Below the pieces are notes generated by a model. That model was given only the letters and a program-made list of their open reading frames with translations. It ran no database searches and had not been told where the DNA came from. Both the position numbers and the translations under genes were made by a program. From Candidatus Poribacteria bacterium (GTDB lineage Bacteria > Poribacteria > WGA-4E > WGA-3G): a DNA stretch of 64,000 nt. Where the stretch lies: positions 572-64,571 of the forward strand of contig JAJDWA010000027.1 in NCBI GenBank assembly GCA_022825825.1, given 5' to 3'. Shown here one piece after another: positions 20,830 through 30,197 of the stretch (positions are counted from its first letter, which is position 1; every line of letters begins with the position of its first letter).

Positions 20830-21669
20830 ATGTCAAAAGAAACATTAAATGATGCGCCGATTCCGATGACATCGGAGCAAAAGTTCTTTTTCGATTTACG
20901 CGGTTGGATTTTATTACCATCAATATTATCAGAGTCGGAAACCGAAGAGATGAAAGCGGAAGTGTATGCGGGTGCAAGGCAAAGTTATCAAGGATCACTG
21001 CAAACCTTGCTTGACCATCCTGCGATTGTAGGTATTCTGAATGAAATCCTGTCTGAAACCCCTTTTGTGCATGACGATTGTTATGGATTTCGGTGTGAGG
21101 GGTCTTTCACGACTGTGCGAGAACCTGGTTGGAGTAAGTTATCGAGGGGTGACAATGGTTTGCCACATGTCGTGCGACCACCACAACAAGCAAATGCGAT
21201 GCGGTATCAGGTTGCCGGTGACAAGATATTTGCTGGATTGACACGTGTTGTGTGGGAACTTGAGGAGGTAAAGGCTGGACAAGGCGGTACCTCTTTTTTG
21301 AGTGGGTCTCATAAGGCACATTTCACCTACGGTGGACCTGACCCGTTCCGTCCGAATATCAGTGAATCCCCTTGGGAGCAGAGCATGCGGGACATGATGG
21401 AGGATTACAGCTGCCCACCGGGTTCAGTCGTCATCTTTACTGAAAGTCTTGTGCATGCGGCAAACGACTGGACGAATCCTTCAAATCCACGCTGTGCAGT
21501 TTTTAATTGTTACAACTCAATTTGGGCACAGTGGCATCGCTTAAATCTGAGTCATGAGGTTATTGAAACGATGCCGCCGAGACGGCAATCGTTATTCCGC
21601 GGGACATGGGCGATTGGTGGTGGTCCTGGTGGGAATCGTGCGTATTCGTTGGAGAATAATACTACGTGA
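20830..21669 (+). CDS. Phytanoyl-CoA dioxygenase (PhyH) family protein.
   Basis: MSKETLNDAPIPMTSEQKFFFDLRGWILLPSIL ... FLSGSHKAH ... VHAAN. Start chosen at the ATG at 20830. Confidence 0.7.
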   Translation: MSKETLNDAPIPMTSEQKFFFDLRGWILLPSILSESETEEMKAEVYAGARQSYQGSLQTLLDHPAIVGILNEILSETPFVHDDCYGFRCEGSFTTVREPGWSKLSRGDNGLPHVVRPPQQANAMRYQVAGDKIFAGLTRVVWELEEVKAGQGGTSFLSGSHKAHFTYGGPDPFRPNISESPWEQSMRDMMEDYSCPPGSVVIFTESLVHAANDWTNPSNPRCAVFNCYNSIWAQWHRLNLSHEVIETMPPRRQSLFRGTWAIGGGPGGNRAYSLENNTT

Positions 21670-22072
21670 CAATAAGTATACGCGAAAGTGATACAATTTT
21701 GCCACCCAATACACTGCCCGGGAACGGTTTGATACAGACCCGCAGCTTGACGTCCAAGCGTTAACGTCCGCACCAATGTACCATTCACAGCATAGATGTG
21801 CAATGTGGCGTCCACTGATTTTGCGAGATGATATCGGCAGCGTCCACAGCAAAATCCAACGCCATAAATCCACTTGGCGATGCGTTCTTCAATATTGGAT
21901 CCATAGACACCATGCTAATTGATAAAAACTCATAACTCATTATGCATTAGGGGTTATCTCATGCAAACGCAGCTTATCAAATCTGCTAACTTTTTCAACC
22001 CGTATCTCCATTAAATACTTGTCAATCAAGGGATTTATGATAGGATTATGCTCAAATCGAAGGAGAGAGAAA

Positions 22073-23125
22073 ATGGCAATAGGATTAGGTGTTATCGGGA
22101 TGAATCCTACCAATATGGGTTCAACAACAGCATTGCTGAAAGATGTGCCTGACTTAAATTATGAACTTCGCGGCATCTGTGCAAATCGAGCGGGCGTTCT
22201 TGAAAACTATGCTAAGGATATCGGCGTTGATTTTTGGACGACAGATTACCGTGAATTGGTCCAGCGTGATGACATCTCAGCCATTGCAGTTTATTCGCCA
22301 GACCATCTTCATGCCGAACATTGCATCGCTGCGATTGAAGCCGGTAAGCACGTAGTTTGCACAAAACCGATGGTGACAACATTAGCTGATGCACAACGTT
22401 TAGTGGATTTAGTTCGGGAATACGGCGTCAAATTCCTTGTCGGGCAAACAATGCGATTTGACCTGCAATTTTTAACGATGAAACGACTTTTTGACGACGG
22501 TGATTTAGGGGACATTATGGTTGCAGATGCCTATTATGTCCATGATCTTCGCGATGTTTACGACTTTACACCGTGGCGACTACATGTCCCACAAGACCTC
22601 ATGTTTGGGGGTGTTGTACATCCTGTTGATATTCTGCGCAGTTTCCTTGGCGATGTAGAAGAGGTACACGCTTACGGTACAAAAGGTATGCTGACTCCTG
22701 AATACCCGATAAAAAACAATTTCTTTCTCAATTTGAAGTTCAAAGGCGGACAAATTGCCAGGGCAATGGGGCTTTACGATGTTGTTCATCCACCGATGCC
22801 GATGATGCAAGTTTCCATCTACGGTAGCAAAGGCACAATGATCGGAGACTTTACAGATAACAAAGGCGGACAAGTAAAACTCATGCTTGATAAAATGTCT
22901 GCAAGAGAACCTTTTGAGATGACATGTCCCCCTGAAGTTGACACAAGCGTTTATGGACATGGTCAAACAGTTATTCGATATATGCGGCATTTTCAGCAGT
23001 GTCTTGAGGAAGATTTAGAACCGTCTCCGAATGTGGTTGATGGAGCGAAATCTATAGCTGTAGGCGTTGCTGCTTGGGAATCAATTGAAGCAGGAAAACC
23101 TGTAAAAGTATTTAACGAATTTTAG
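22073..23125 (+). CDS. Gfo/Idh/MocA-family NAD(P)-dependent oxidoreductase.
   Basis: MAIGLGVIGMNPTNMG...ISAIAVYSPDHLHAEHCIAAIEAGKHVVCTKPM is a Rossmann N-terminus with the EKP-like motif. RBS AGGAGAGAGA precedes the ATG at 22073. Confidence 0.8.
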   Translation: MAIGLGVIGMNPTNMGSTTALLKDVPDLNYELRGICANRAGVLENYAKDIGVDFWTTDYRELVQRDDISAIAVYSPDHLHAEHCIAAIEAGKHVVCTKPMVTTLADAQRLVDLVREYGVKFLVGQTMRFDLQFLTMKRLFDDGDLGDIMVADAYYVHDLRDVYDFTPWRLHVPQDLMFGGVVHPVDILRSFLGDVEEVHAYGTKGMLTPEYPIKNNFFLNLKFKGGQIARAMGLYDVVHPPMPMMQVSIYGSKGTMIGDFTDNKGGQVKLMLDKMSAREPFEMTCPPEVDTSVYGHGQTVIRYMRHFQQCLEEDLEPSPNVVDGAKSIAVGVAAWESIEAGKPVKVFNEF

Positions 23126-23340
23126 CGAGAGGCACGAACAAAAAATACAGGACTTACGCATTTTTATAAAATGGTGTATACTATTCTATTATAACTGCAC
23201 GCTGTGGAATTTCGTTATCATGGAAAGTCAGCAACAGCTGAAAATGCAGAGCATGCAGTGAAAACCTTCAATATAGTTCGCTCGGCAATTCGAAAAGCGT
23301 TGAAATTGTCATAAAATAACTACAGAGGTTGGTTTAACCC

Positions 23341-24156
23341 GTGAGCATAGGAACAACAATAAACATCCCCAAATTAGAAATCTCTGCAGAGGAGCGCGCT
23401 GAAAGCAAACTGACACCAGAAAGCATTGATACTGCCGCTCGCCTCTTACGCGAAACAGGATTGGTTGTTATTGAGAGTGTTCTTCCACGTGATTGGATTG
23501 AAGAGGTTAACACTGCTATGGCGGCAGTGCTTGATATGGAAGAAGATGCACATAACGGCGAACACCCGATGCTAAAAATGCCGTTTATGGATGCACGCAT
23601 CATTGACAATCCGTTTGCAATGCCGATAATGAAAGCTGTGATGGGAGAAAAGATATTTGCTTATTTACCCTACGGGTGCAATGCAACCGTCCCTGGCAAC
23701 GAAATACAGTGGATTCATCGAGATTCTGGGCAACTTTTTCCTGAATTACCGTTTGCGCTGCCTGTTTCAACGATCGTTGTGAATATTCCACTCGTAGATT
23801 TTACGGTGGAAAATGGTGCTACAGAGGTTTGGCCTGGATCACATCTGATTATTGATGATGAAGCAGTACGCAATACGCCTTACAACGTCTGTGATGAGGA
23901 TCGCGCTGCACAAATGCCTTCTTTCCAATTAGTCATGCCTGCGGGTTCGGTCGTGGTGCGTGATATGCGGTGCTGGCATCGAGCAATGCCGAATCGGACG
24001 CAAACTCGGCGCCCGATGCTCGCCCTCGTTTATTTCCGAAGGTTTCACCATGCCCCCGATGCCCCAAATATATTCAACGCAAAGGTCCCAGAAGAGATAT
24101 GGGCGAACATGTCTGAAAACACACAAGAGGTGTATCGTTTTCAAGCGCATGATTAG
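23341..24156 (+). CDS. Phytanoyl-CoA dioxygenase (PhyH) family protein, GTG start.
   Basis: WIHRDSG...NIPLVDFTVENGATEVWPGSH...WHRAMPN gives an HxD...H 2OG-oxygenase facial triad in a PhyH-like arrangement. Confidence 0.7.
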   Translation: MSIGTTINIPKLEISAEERAESKLTPESIDTAARLLRETGLVVIESVLPRDWIEEVNTAMAAVLDMEEDAHNGEHPMLKMPFMDARIIDNPFAMPIMKAVMGEKIFAYLPYGCNATVPGNEIQWIHRDSGQLFPELPFALPVSTIVVNIPLVDFTVENGATEVWPGSHLIIDDEAVRNTPYNVCDEDRAAQMPSFQLVMPAGSVVVRDMRCWHRAMPNRTQTRRPMLALVYFRRFHHAPDAPNIFNAKVPEEIWANMSENTQEVYRFQAHD

Positions 24157-24183
24157 AAAATTATTGTATTATAAGAGGAGATT

Positions 24184-25080
24184 ATGGAACGTACACTACT
24201 TATTCATCCAGATACGCCTGATATTGACAGAGAACATGGGTTCCCCAATATTAATGGGCCGTCGCTTGTTCGCGTGCCGGAGTGGGTAGACAATCCGCTG
24301 GGTAAATACTATCTCTATTTTGCACACCATCGCGGTGCTTATATCCGCTTAGCTTATGCTGATGAAATTGAGGGTCCGTATACCGTCTATCGTCCTGGCA
24401 CACTGCATCGTGATAACACAGTCTTTAAGGGATGTGATCACATAGCGTCCCCAGATGTCCATATAGATGAAGATAATAAACGTTTTATTATGTATTTTCA
24501 TGGTAATTATCGTGGTGGACAAGCCACTTGTTGGGCGACCTCTTCTGATGGCATACATTACACAGCATCGGAAACGTTGGAGAAGCAGCAGGGACCCTAT
24601 TTTCGCGTCTTTTGGTGGAAAGGTCTTCCTTATGCAACGAATCACAACATGTTGAACCGTGGTAAAACACCTGAATGGACAACTGTGTTTGAAAGGCGCG
24701 ACGCGCCCCTTTTTCCTGGAGAACAGGGTAAAGGTAGGGATGGCACCCCACGCCACACTGCGAACTACCTTGTCGGTGATACGTTGACCGTTTATTATTC
24801 GCTTTATGGTGGCACGCCCGAACGGATTTTAAAAAGCACAGTTGAACTTACGGAAGATTGGAACGATTGGCATGCGTCTCCGCCGATAGAGGTTATTGCG
24901 CCGAAATACGATTTTGAAGGAGTGGATGTCCAGATTGTGCCTTCAACGAATGGACTTGATAGGGAACGGGTGCATCAACTCCGCGACCCAGAGATCTTTT
25001 GTGAGGATGGAGAAACGTGGCTTCTTTATTCTGTGGCTGGCGAACAGGGAATTGCAATTATGAAACTGGGCCCTGAATAA
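24184..25080 (+). CDS. Hypothetical protein, possibly a beta-propeller glycoside-hydrolase-like fold (GH43/GH32/GH130 superfamily).
   Basis: A 298-aa protein. YYLYFAHH, ...DEIEGPYTV..., WLLYSVAGEQGIAIMKL resemble 5-bladed beta-propeller GH families only weakly. Confidence 0.4.
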   Translation: MERTLLIHPDTPDIDREHGFPNINGPSLVRVPEWVDNPLGKYYLYFAHHRGAYIRLAYADEIEGPYTVYRPGTLHRDNTVFKGCDHIASPDVHIDEDNKRFIMYFHGNYRGGQATCWATSSDGIHYTASETLEKQQGPYFRVFWWKGLPYATNHNMLNRGKTPEWTTVFERRDAPLFPGEQGKGRDGTPRHTANYLVGDTLTVYYSLYGGTPERILKSTVELTEDWNDWHASPPIEVIAPKYDFEGVDVQIVPSTNGLDRERVHQLRDPEIFCEDGETWLLYSVAGEQGIAIMKLGPE

Positions 25081-25117
25081 TTGTAGAGTAGAGTGCTTTT
25101 TGATAGAGGCTTTCAAT

Positions 25118-25687
25118 TTATATTTCAACAAATCTGTAGATCTGCTGCAAAGAGAGTTCAGCTTCAACTGATATAAACTGGAGTATATCCTCCAGCGAAG
25201 TCAATTCACTGGATACCCAATTCTTATCTTGACGAAGACGGTGTTCAACCCGAACCTGATCCTGTGAAATAAGGATGTATTCTTGCAATGATGCTAATTG
25301 CTGATAACGTCTAAATTTCTCACCTTTGTCATACGTCTCGGTTGACTGGGAAAGCACTTCTATAACGACAATCGGATTGAGAAGTGTGTCAAATTCATTA
25401 TCCTCAAAGCGGGGTTTCTCACAGACAACAGTAACATCTGGATAGAAATAGGAGTCTCCTGCCCCGATTCCGACACGCATATCACTGGCGAAAACCCTAC
25501 ATCCTTTTTCTGTCAATTGGTTGTAAAGTCCGGTTACAGTATTCACTGTAATAAGATTGTGTTCATTACTTGCACCGGACATCGCTACAATCTCTCCGCT
25601 TAGGTATTCGCTTTTGAGTGTCGACTTTCGTTCGACAGTGATATACTCTTGGGGAGTTAAGTAGGTTTGTGCTGCAATAGATGACAT
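25118..25687 (-). CDS. Uma2-family (DUF820) putative restriction-endonuclease-like protein.
   Basis: Start at MSSIAAQTYLTPQEYITVERKSTLKSEYLSGEIVAMSGAS...PDVTVVC is the canonical Uma2 pattern. A GGAG RBS is upstream. Confidence 0.75.
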   Translation of the reverse strand: MSSIAAQTYLTPQEYITVERKSTLKSEYLSGEIVAMSGASNEHNLITVNTVTGLYNQLTEKGCRVFASDMRVGIGAGDSYFYPDVTVVCEKPRFEDNEFDTLLNPIVVIEVLSQSTETYDKGEKFRRYQQLASLQEYILISQDQVRVEHRLRQDKNWVSSELTSLEDILQFISVEAELSLQQIYRFVEI

Positions 25688-25783
25688 AAGATCTCCTATA
25701 TTATAACTTTGACTCCGCGATGTTGTGTTTATTGTAAAGAATAACACATTTTCAGAGAGATTGCAATATAGTATTACGGTTTG

Positions 25784-26062
25784 CTATTCGGATGCTAAGG
25801 CGCGTATCTGATTAACTGTTTTGATAACTTCCTCATCAACGATACCAACTTCTTCCGCTGTGTTATAATGCCCCAAACCGAAACGGATAGCAATTACCAC
25901 CAATTTATTCGTAACTGTAACTCCCATTGAAACTAAAACATGTGATGGTGTAACAGATTCGGAATCACACGCTGAGCCTGTTGACATCGCAACACCCTTG
26001 AGTTCCATCAAAAGCGCATGACTTTGTACACCTGCGAAACAGAGATTTAGATTCCCTAACAA
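25784..26062 (-). pseudogene. C-terminal fragment of a cysteine desulfurase (IscS/NifS-like).
   Basis: ...LMELKGVAMSTGSACDSESVTPSHVLVSMG...IRFGLGHYNTAEEV matches the IscS/NifS C-terminal block that contains the active-site Cys loop (SACDS). Only 92 aa are present and no PLP domain lies upstream. Confidence 0.55.
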
Positions 26063-26249
26063 ACTCAGGTTATTTTAGGGTGTGTAAAGTTTTTGTAGAA
26101 CAGTGGTGTGTAAAGAAATGAGATGTTGCGAGGTATAAAAAATGGTATCCTATCCTAATAATATAGGAGAAGATACCAATGCTGAATATTATAGTCAAAT
26201 CCATAATTATTTGGACACTACGGTAGGTGCGATTTCCTAATCGCCCCCG

Positions 26250-26365
26250 ATGGGTCTGGGAAATGGTTATGAATGCCTTTTGGTGAATACGCGTATGGTA
26301 TTCGCCATGATTCCCCGTCCGGTATTCTGAATTGGTTAGGAAACCGCTCCTACCAAGGTTGTTCA
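26250..26365. repeat. Family-2 element fragment.
   Basis: Shares attcgccatgattc and ggttatgaatgcc with the 38662-38866 copy, then ttggttaggaaaccgctcctaccaagg. Confidence 0.45.
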
Positions 26366-26465
26366 CATATTTAGGTTTATTATGAAACATTAACGGATGT
26401 GATAGATGCCCCAGAAAAACCGGTACAGTCTTATTAGAGGTTGGCGCATCCCAGAATCAAATAAA

Positions 26466-28604
26466 TTACCTAAGGATGCTAAATTTGCCAATTTGTCGGA
26501 CAACCGAATCTGCTTGTGTTGCAGCAATGTGGTAAATATAGATACCGGAAGAGAGCGGTGTTCCACGAAGGTTTGAACCGTCCCAATGAAATTTTCCGGG
26601 GGCAAGGACATCCTGATGTGTCTTGCTGTAGACTTTCTCGCCTTTAATAGTGAAGATTTCAAGGGACACGGTGTCTGCGGACTGGGAGGCAGAGAGTTGA
26701 TACGCAAACGTCATTTCAGATGCAGATGTTGATGGACGAAAAGGGTTCGGATAAACACGGGCCTGTGTGAGAGCAAAAGATTCGGGGTCGAGTTGTTCTA
26801 CGAACAATTTATATGATGCAACGCTGCTGAATCCGTTATTAGATGTTACCACAAGATATAACGTCTGTTGAGCAGAAGGTTGGTAAAGAATTTGGTATCC
26901 GAGTAGATTAGCTGCTTTTTCACCTATTGCTAACGTCTCTCCTGTCATTGTCAAGAGCGATAAACGGTAATCCAGATTTTCTGGAAAATCTGATAATGTT
27001 GCGCGGACTGTTACACCGCCAGCAGCTTCAATTCTATAAGAATCCTGGGTATCCGAAGCATCGTATAAAAAGGAGTAATAAGGCTGACCGTAGAAAATAG
27101 GAAACGCTGTTTCTACGGTATTGTTCGGTTCATAAGTATCACCAAATGAAACGAGCATCTTCATGACTGGACCTTCAGGTCCAATATTAGTTATAGATAT
27201 ACCGGTTGGCGTTCCATCGTTCGCACTGCTGTTGGGTAGAGTTCCTGGAGTAAACGCAGTTTGGTCATCATTGGCAGAATAAGCTGCGCCTTCAGTGACA
27301 GTTTGAATGTCTATAAAACCAGGATCATCGGGGCGAATGCCAAGATGTTCAGGATCGTTAGGGTCTTCAAGCCAAATCTGTTGTGCGGCATCATAACTAC
27401 GAAGGTCACGCACCTGTGTCTCATCAATGTGCCAAATGAGAATGCCAGATTCGGGTAAATAGGTATCAAAGGTAGCTCCGGAGGCTTTGTACCGGTTTTC
27501 AATGAGAAAAAATTCTTTGTTAGTTGCAGCACGTGCTTCCCGCACATGTGGAATATCAATTTTGAAAAGTTTGTCTGTTTTCGGAGATAATTCAAAAGCT
27601 GGAACAGATATCGGACCACTTTGAGTAATGTTAACAGGTTTAATCCAACCAACGCGACCATTTTCTGGGCGTGCATCAAAATCCCATTTCAGGTACCCTA
27701 TGATGTGACTGGGTGCTAATCCGTCCCCTAAACCAAAAACTTCCTGACCTTGATATGGACCGAATGCACCCATCAATCCCCATTTATGATCGCGAGCATC
27801 TGTGAAGTTTAGCCCGTAGACATCTGGCGCCCCGAAATCATGAAAAAATTCATGAAAGTAGATACCTAAGTGAGGTTTATCGAAATCTGGCTCTTCGGCG
27901 ACAAGGACGGCGGTATCAACGCGAACACCGTCAACGATAATATTGACATCCGGTGTTAAGACCGACCAGATATCATTAACTGCCTTAACTGGGTCTATTG
28001 CGGTGTAGGATGCTTCGTCATTCCCCGCATGAATGATAAATAGATGGTCAACGACACCATCTTTGTCACGATCGTATTTTGAAAAATCGACGGTTGCGTC
28101 TACAGCACGACACGCTTCGGCGATTAATTCCCGATAACGTTGAATAGGTCCTGGCCCTCTATTTTCTCCATAGTAACGCATCGGTTTCTGCGCGCGAATC
28201 CATTGGTCGTCTTCAGGGAGAACACCTCCAACAGGTCCCGGCTGCACATCCATCTGTCCGTAAGAATTTTCGCGAAAGTAGGTTTTTAGGGAAACACCGG
28301 TTTCTGCAAATAGATATTCATTGAATTCAGCGCTTGTTCTTTTTCCCGGTTGATCGCTGAAGTCAATTTTGAGAGCAAGGACATATTCTATGCCATCCGG
28401 TTGTAGCACACTCTGTTCTCTTGCGAAGCAACAGCCATCCAACGCTTGTAAATATTTTGAGATACTGAGTTCAGAATTCTGCCCAGCGGAAGGTTTCGGC
28501 TTCACTTCACCGGTAACTGGATCGATGTCAAAATAGAGATAGGGGTTAGGGGGAGCAGCAAGACTAAATGTTGTAGTCGTGAGGATACATCCTAAGCAGA
28601 GCAT
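26466..28604 (-). CDS. Secreted M6-like (immune-inhibitor-A type) zinc metalloprotease with a C-terminal T9SS sorting domain.
   Basis: HEFFHDFGAPDVYG is an HExxH zincin motif. Signal peptide MLCLGCILTTTTFSLAA (start chosen at 28604 so as not to overlap the upstream gene). The C-terminus (RVYPNPFRPS...IYIYHIAATQ...KFSILR) looks like a T9SS CTD. Confidence 0.65.
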   Translation of the reverse strand: MLCLGCILTTTTFSLAAPPNPYLYFDIDPVTGEVKPKPSAGQNSELSISKYLQALDGCCFAREQSVLQPDGIEYVLALKIDFSDQPGKRTSAEFNEYLFAETGVSLKTYFRENSYGQMDVQPGPVGGVLPEDDQWIRAQKPMRYYGENRGPGPIQRYRELIAEACRAVDATVDFSKYDRDKDGVVDHLFIIHAGNDEASYTAIDPVKAVNDIWSVLTPDVNIIVDGVRVDTAVLVAEEPDFDKPHLGIYFHEFFHDFGAPDVYGLNFTDARDHKWGLMGAFGPYQGQEVFGLGDGLAPSHIIGYLKWDFDARPENGRVGWIKPVNITQSGPISVPAFELSPKTDKLFKIDIPHVREARAATNKEFFLIENRYKASGATFDTYLPESGILIWHIDETQVRDLRSYDAAQQIWLEDPNDPEHLGIRPDDPGFIDIQTVTEGAAYSANDDQTAFTPGTLPNSSANDGTPTGISITNIGPEGPVMKMLVSFGDTYEPNNTVETAFPIFYGQPYYSFLYDASDTQDSYRIEAAGGVTVRATLSDFPENLDYRLSLLTMTGETLAIGEKAANLLGYQILYQPSAQQTLYLVVTSNNGFSSVASYKLFVEQLDPESFALTQARVYPNPFRPSTSASEMTFAYQLSASQSADTVSLEIFTIKGEKVYSKTHQDVLAPGKFHWDGSNLRGTPLSSGIYIYHIAATQADSVVRQIGKFSILR

Positions 28605-28623
28605 TATGAATACAAAATGCCTG

Positions 28624-29946
28624 TTAATCAAATTCACCACCACATTTCCTGCACAAGATATAGAATTGGATGTCATCAGAATGAGCATGTTGTTTAATGA
28701 GATCAACTGCTTGGTCCGGCAAATCTGCTTCACATTTTTGGCACTTATAGAGCGAACCTTCTGGCTCAGGAAATTTTCTGATATCCCCCCAGATATCATG
28801 AAGCCAGTATTTAAATTCCCATGGAAACTCAGCCTCAACAGCTTTAGATATCTCTACTGCATGCCGAATTAATTTTTGACACTCTTCAAAGGTTGCAGGT
28901 TCATACGGGTGAGGTTCCGTGTGTAGAGGAATCGGTTTGCCTTCGGATACGGTTTCTGGGTTAAATCTGCGAGAACGTGTCAACAAGATTTGGTCTAACC
29001 GTGTCCCTTGTTCTCTGCCTTTTGACCAGACTCGGTAATAGCCGCGTCGTTTGACATTAAAATAACCAGGAGTTGACTTGCCGAGCGGATGTGTTGAAGT
29101 ATCCCATAACCAACGGTTCCATTTGGAATCGTCGCCAGGGACTGCCCAAATTTTGATTGCATTCGGGCCACCTTGTTCGTCCCAAGGATAAGGTTCTGCA
29201 TCTTCAATGCCTATCCAGTAAGAGTCTTGACTGCCTGATTTATAATAGGTGCGAATCCATACGTACCACTTACCCGTTTTTGGGATGTAAACTTCATAAA
29301 TACCGCGTGCATTTCTTGCACTCTCAATGGCTTTTCCGTTAGAAGCCTCTTCGTCGTCCACCACTATCACACCATTATCAAAATGCATCGCAGTTTCGGC
29401 TTCAATGATAAGCGTATTTCTTGGGACACGAATTAATTCTTGCCTTGTATTTTTTTCTTCTCGCTCAGTATCTTCTTCTTGTTCCTCTTCTTCTGGGAGT
29501 GTTTGTTCCGGTTCAGTATAACTATTTCCGAACCGTTGACATGCACGTTCAAATTGTTTTTCGGAAAGATTTGCATCGTAAAAGCAATCTCGGACTCCTT
29601 TTTTCCAGAGGTCCAGGAGAAGAAACATGGCTTTTAGATTTCCGTCGGGCCGTTTGCGGGTGCCAACAACAATGAACATGCCGGTATCTCGTGAGCGGCT
29701 GACAAGACATAGATGGAGTGGATATTCGGGCGAGGCAACTTTTCTGCTTTTGACGATGAGTGGACTATAGTATTTACAACGATGGTCACATCCGGGTATT
29801 TTCGCCCGTTTAGCACTGCAGCATTCTGGGCAAATTATCATGCTACTGAGAGCAGGGCATGCGCGTTTACCATTACCGGAACGGCATGTGCGGCATCTTT
29901 GCTGTTTGGTGCGTTTTTGTCTGGTAGAAAGTCTCTGATGGCGCAT
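28624..29946 (-). CDS. Hypothetical protein with N- and C-terminal Cys-rich zinc-ribbon-like motifs.
   Basis: A 440-aa protein. N-terminal part is basic with CRTCRS...CPECCS...CDHRC. Acidic linker (EEEEQEEDTEREE). Trp-rich central domain (WYVWIRTYYKSGSQDSYWIG...). C-terminal CQKCE...CRKCGGEFD. No family recognised. Confidence 0.55.
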   Translation of the reverse strand: MRHQRLSTRQKRTKQQRCRTCRSGNGKRACPALSSMIICPECCSAKRAKIPGCDHRCKYYSPLIVKSRKVASPEYPLHLCLVSRSRDTGMFIVVGTRKRPDGNLKAMFLLLDLWKKGVRDCFYDANLSEKQFERACQRFGNSYTEPEQTLPEEEEQEEDTEREEKNTRQELIRVPRNTLIIEAETAMHFDNGVIVVDDEEASNGKAIESARNARGIYEVYIPKTGKWYVWIRTYYKSGSQDSYWIGIEDAEPYPWDEQGGPNAIKIWAVPGDDSKWNRWLWDTSTHPLGKSTPGYFNVKRRGYYRVWSKGREQGTRLDQILLTRSRRFNPETVSEGKPIPLHTEPHPYEPATFEECQKLIRHAVEISKAVEAEFPWEFKYWLHDIWGDIRKFPEPEGSLYKCQKCEADLPDQAVDLIKQHAHSDDIQFYILCRKCGGEFD

Positions 29947-29978
29947 GGTTTAACGTTTTCGCTTCATTAACTTGTATA

Positions 29979-30080
29979 GTGAATTATAAAAATAAATTGA
30001 CACTCTCATTCTCGGTAGGCGAGGTTTCCTAACCTCGCCAGTGTAGCGTGTTCAAGTAATTCTAAAACCTACTATATATG
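29979..30080. repeat. Family-2 MITE/REP-like element (short form).
   Basis: gtgaattataaaaataaattgacactctcattctcggtaggcgaggtttcctaacctcgcc...aaacctactatatatgg. Its ends match the 38662-38866 copy and the core hairpin ggcgaggtttcctaacctcgcc. Confidence 0.6.
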
Positions 30081-30197
30081 GCAGAATTTGAATACAGAAA
30101 TATGCCATTATGCTGCCAACGAATAGCATTTGCAGTCGAAACTTAAACAGGACTGTTAACTTGGGCGGTTAACCAGATCAGCGAGATATTCTACGAT

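Noticed and set aside
21552-21873. Two overlapping minus-strand ORFs (87 and 93 aa) downstream of the PhyH gene.
   Set aside because: They overlap the PhyH 3' end, have no RBS or motif, and look like intergenic noise.
26070-26707. Minus-strand ORFs of 106 and 105 aa between the IscS fragment and the protease gene.
   Set aside because: They overlap a family-2 repeat and the 3' end of the protease gene, and their composition is atypical (His/Arg-rich). They are likely non-coding.
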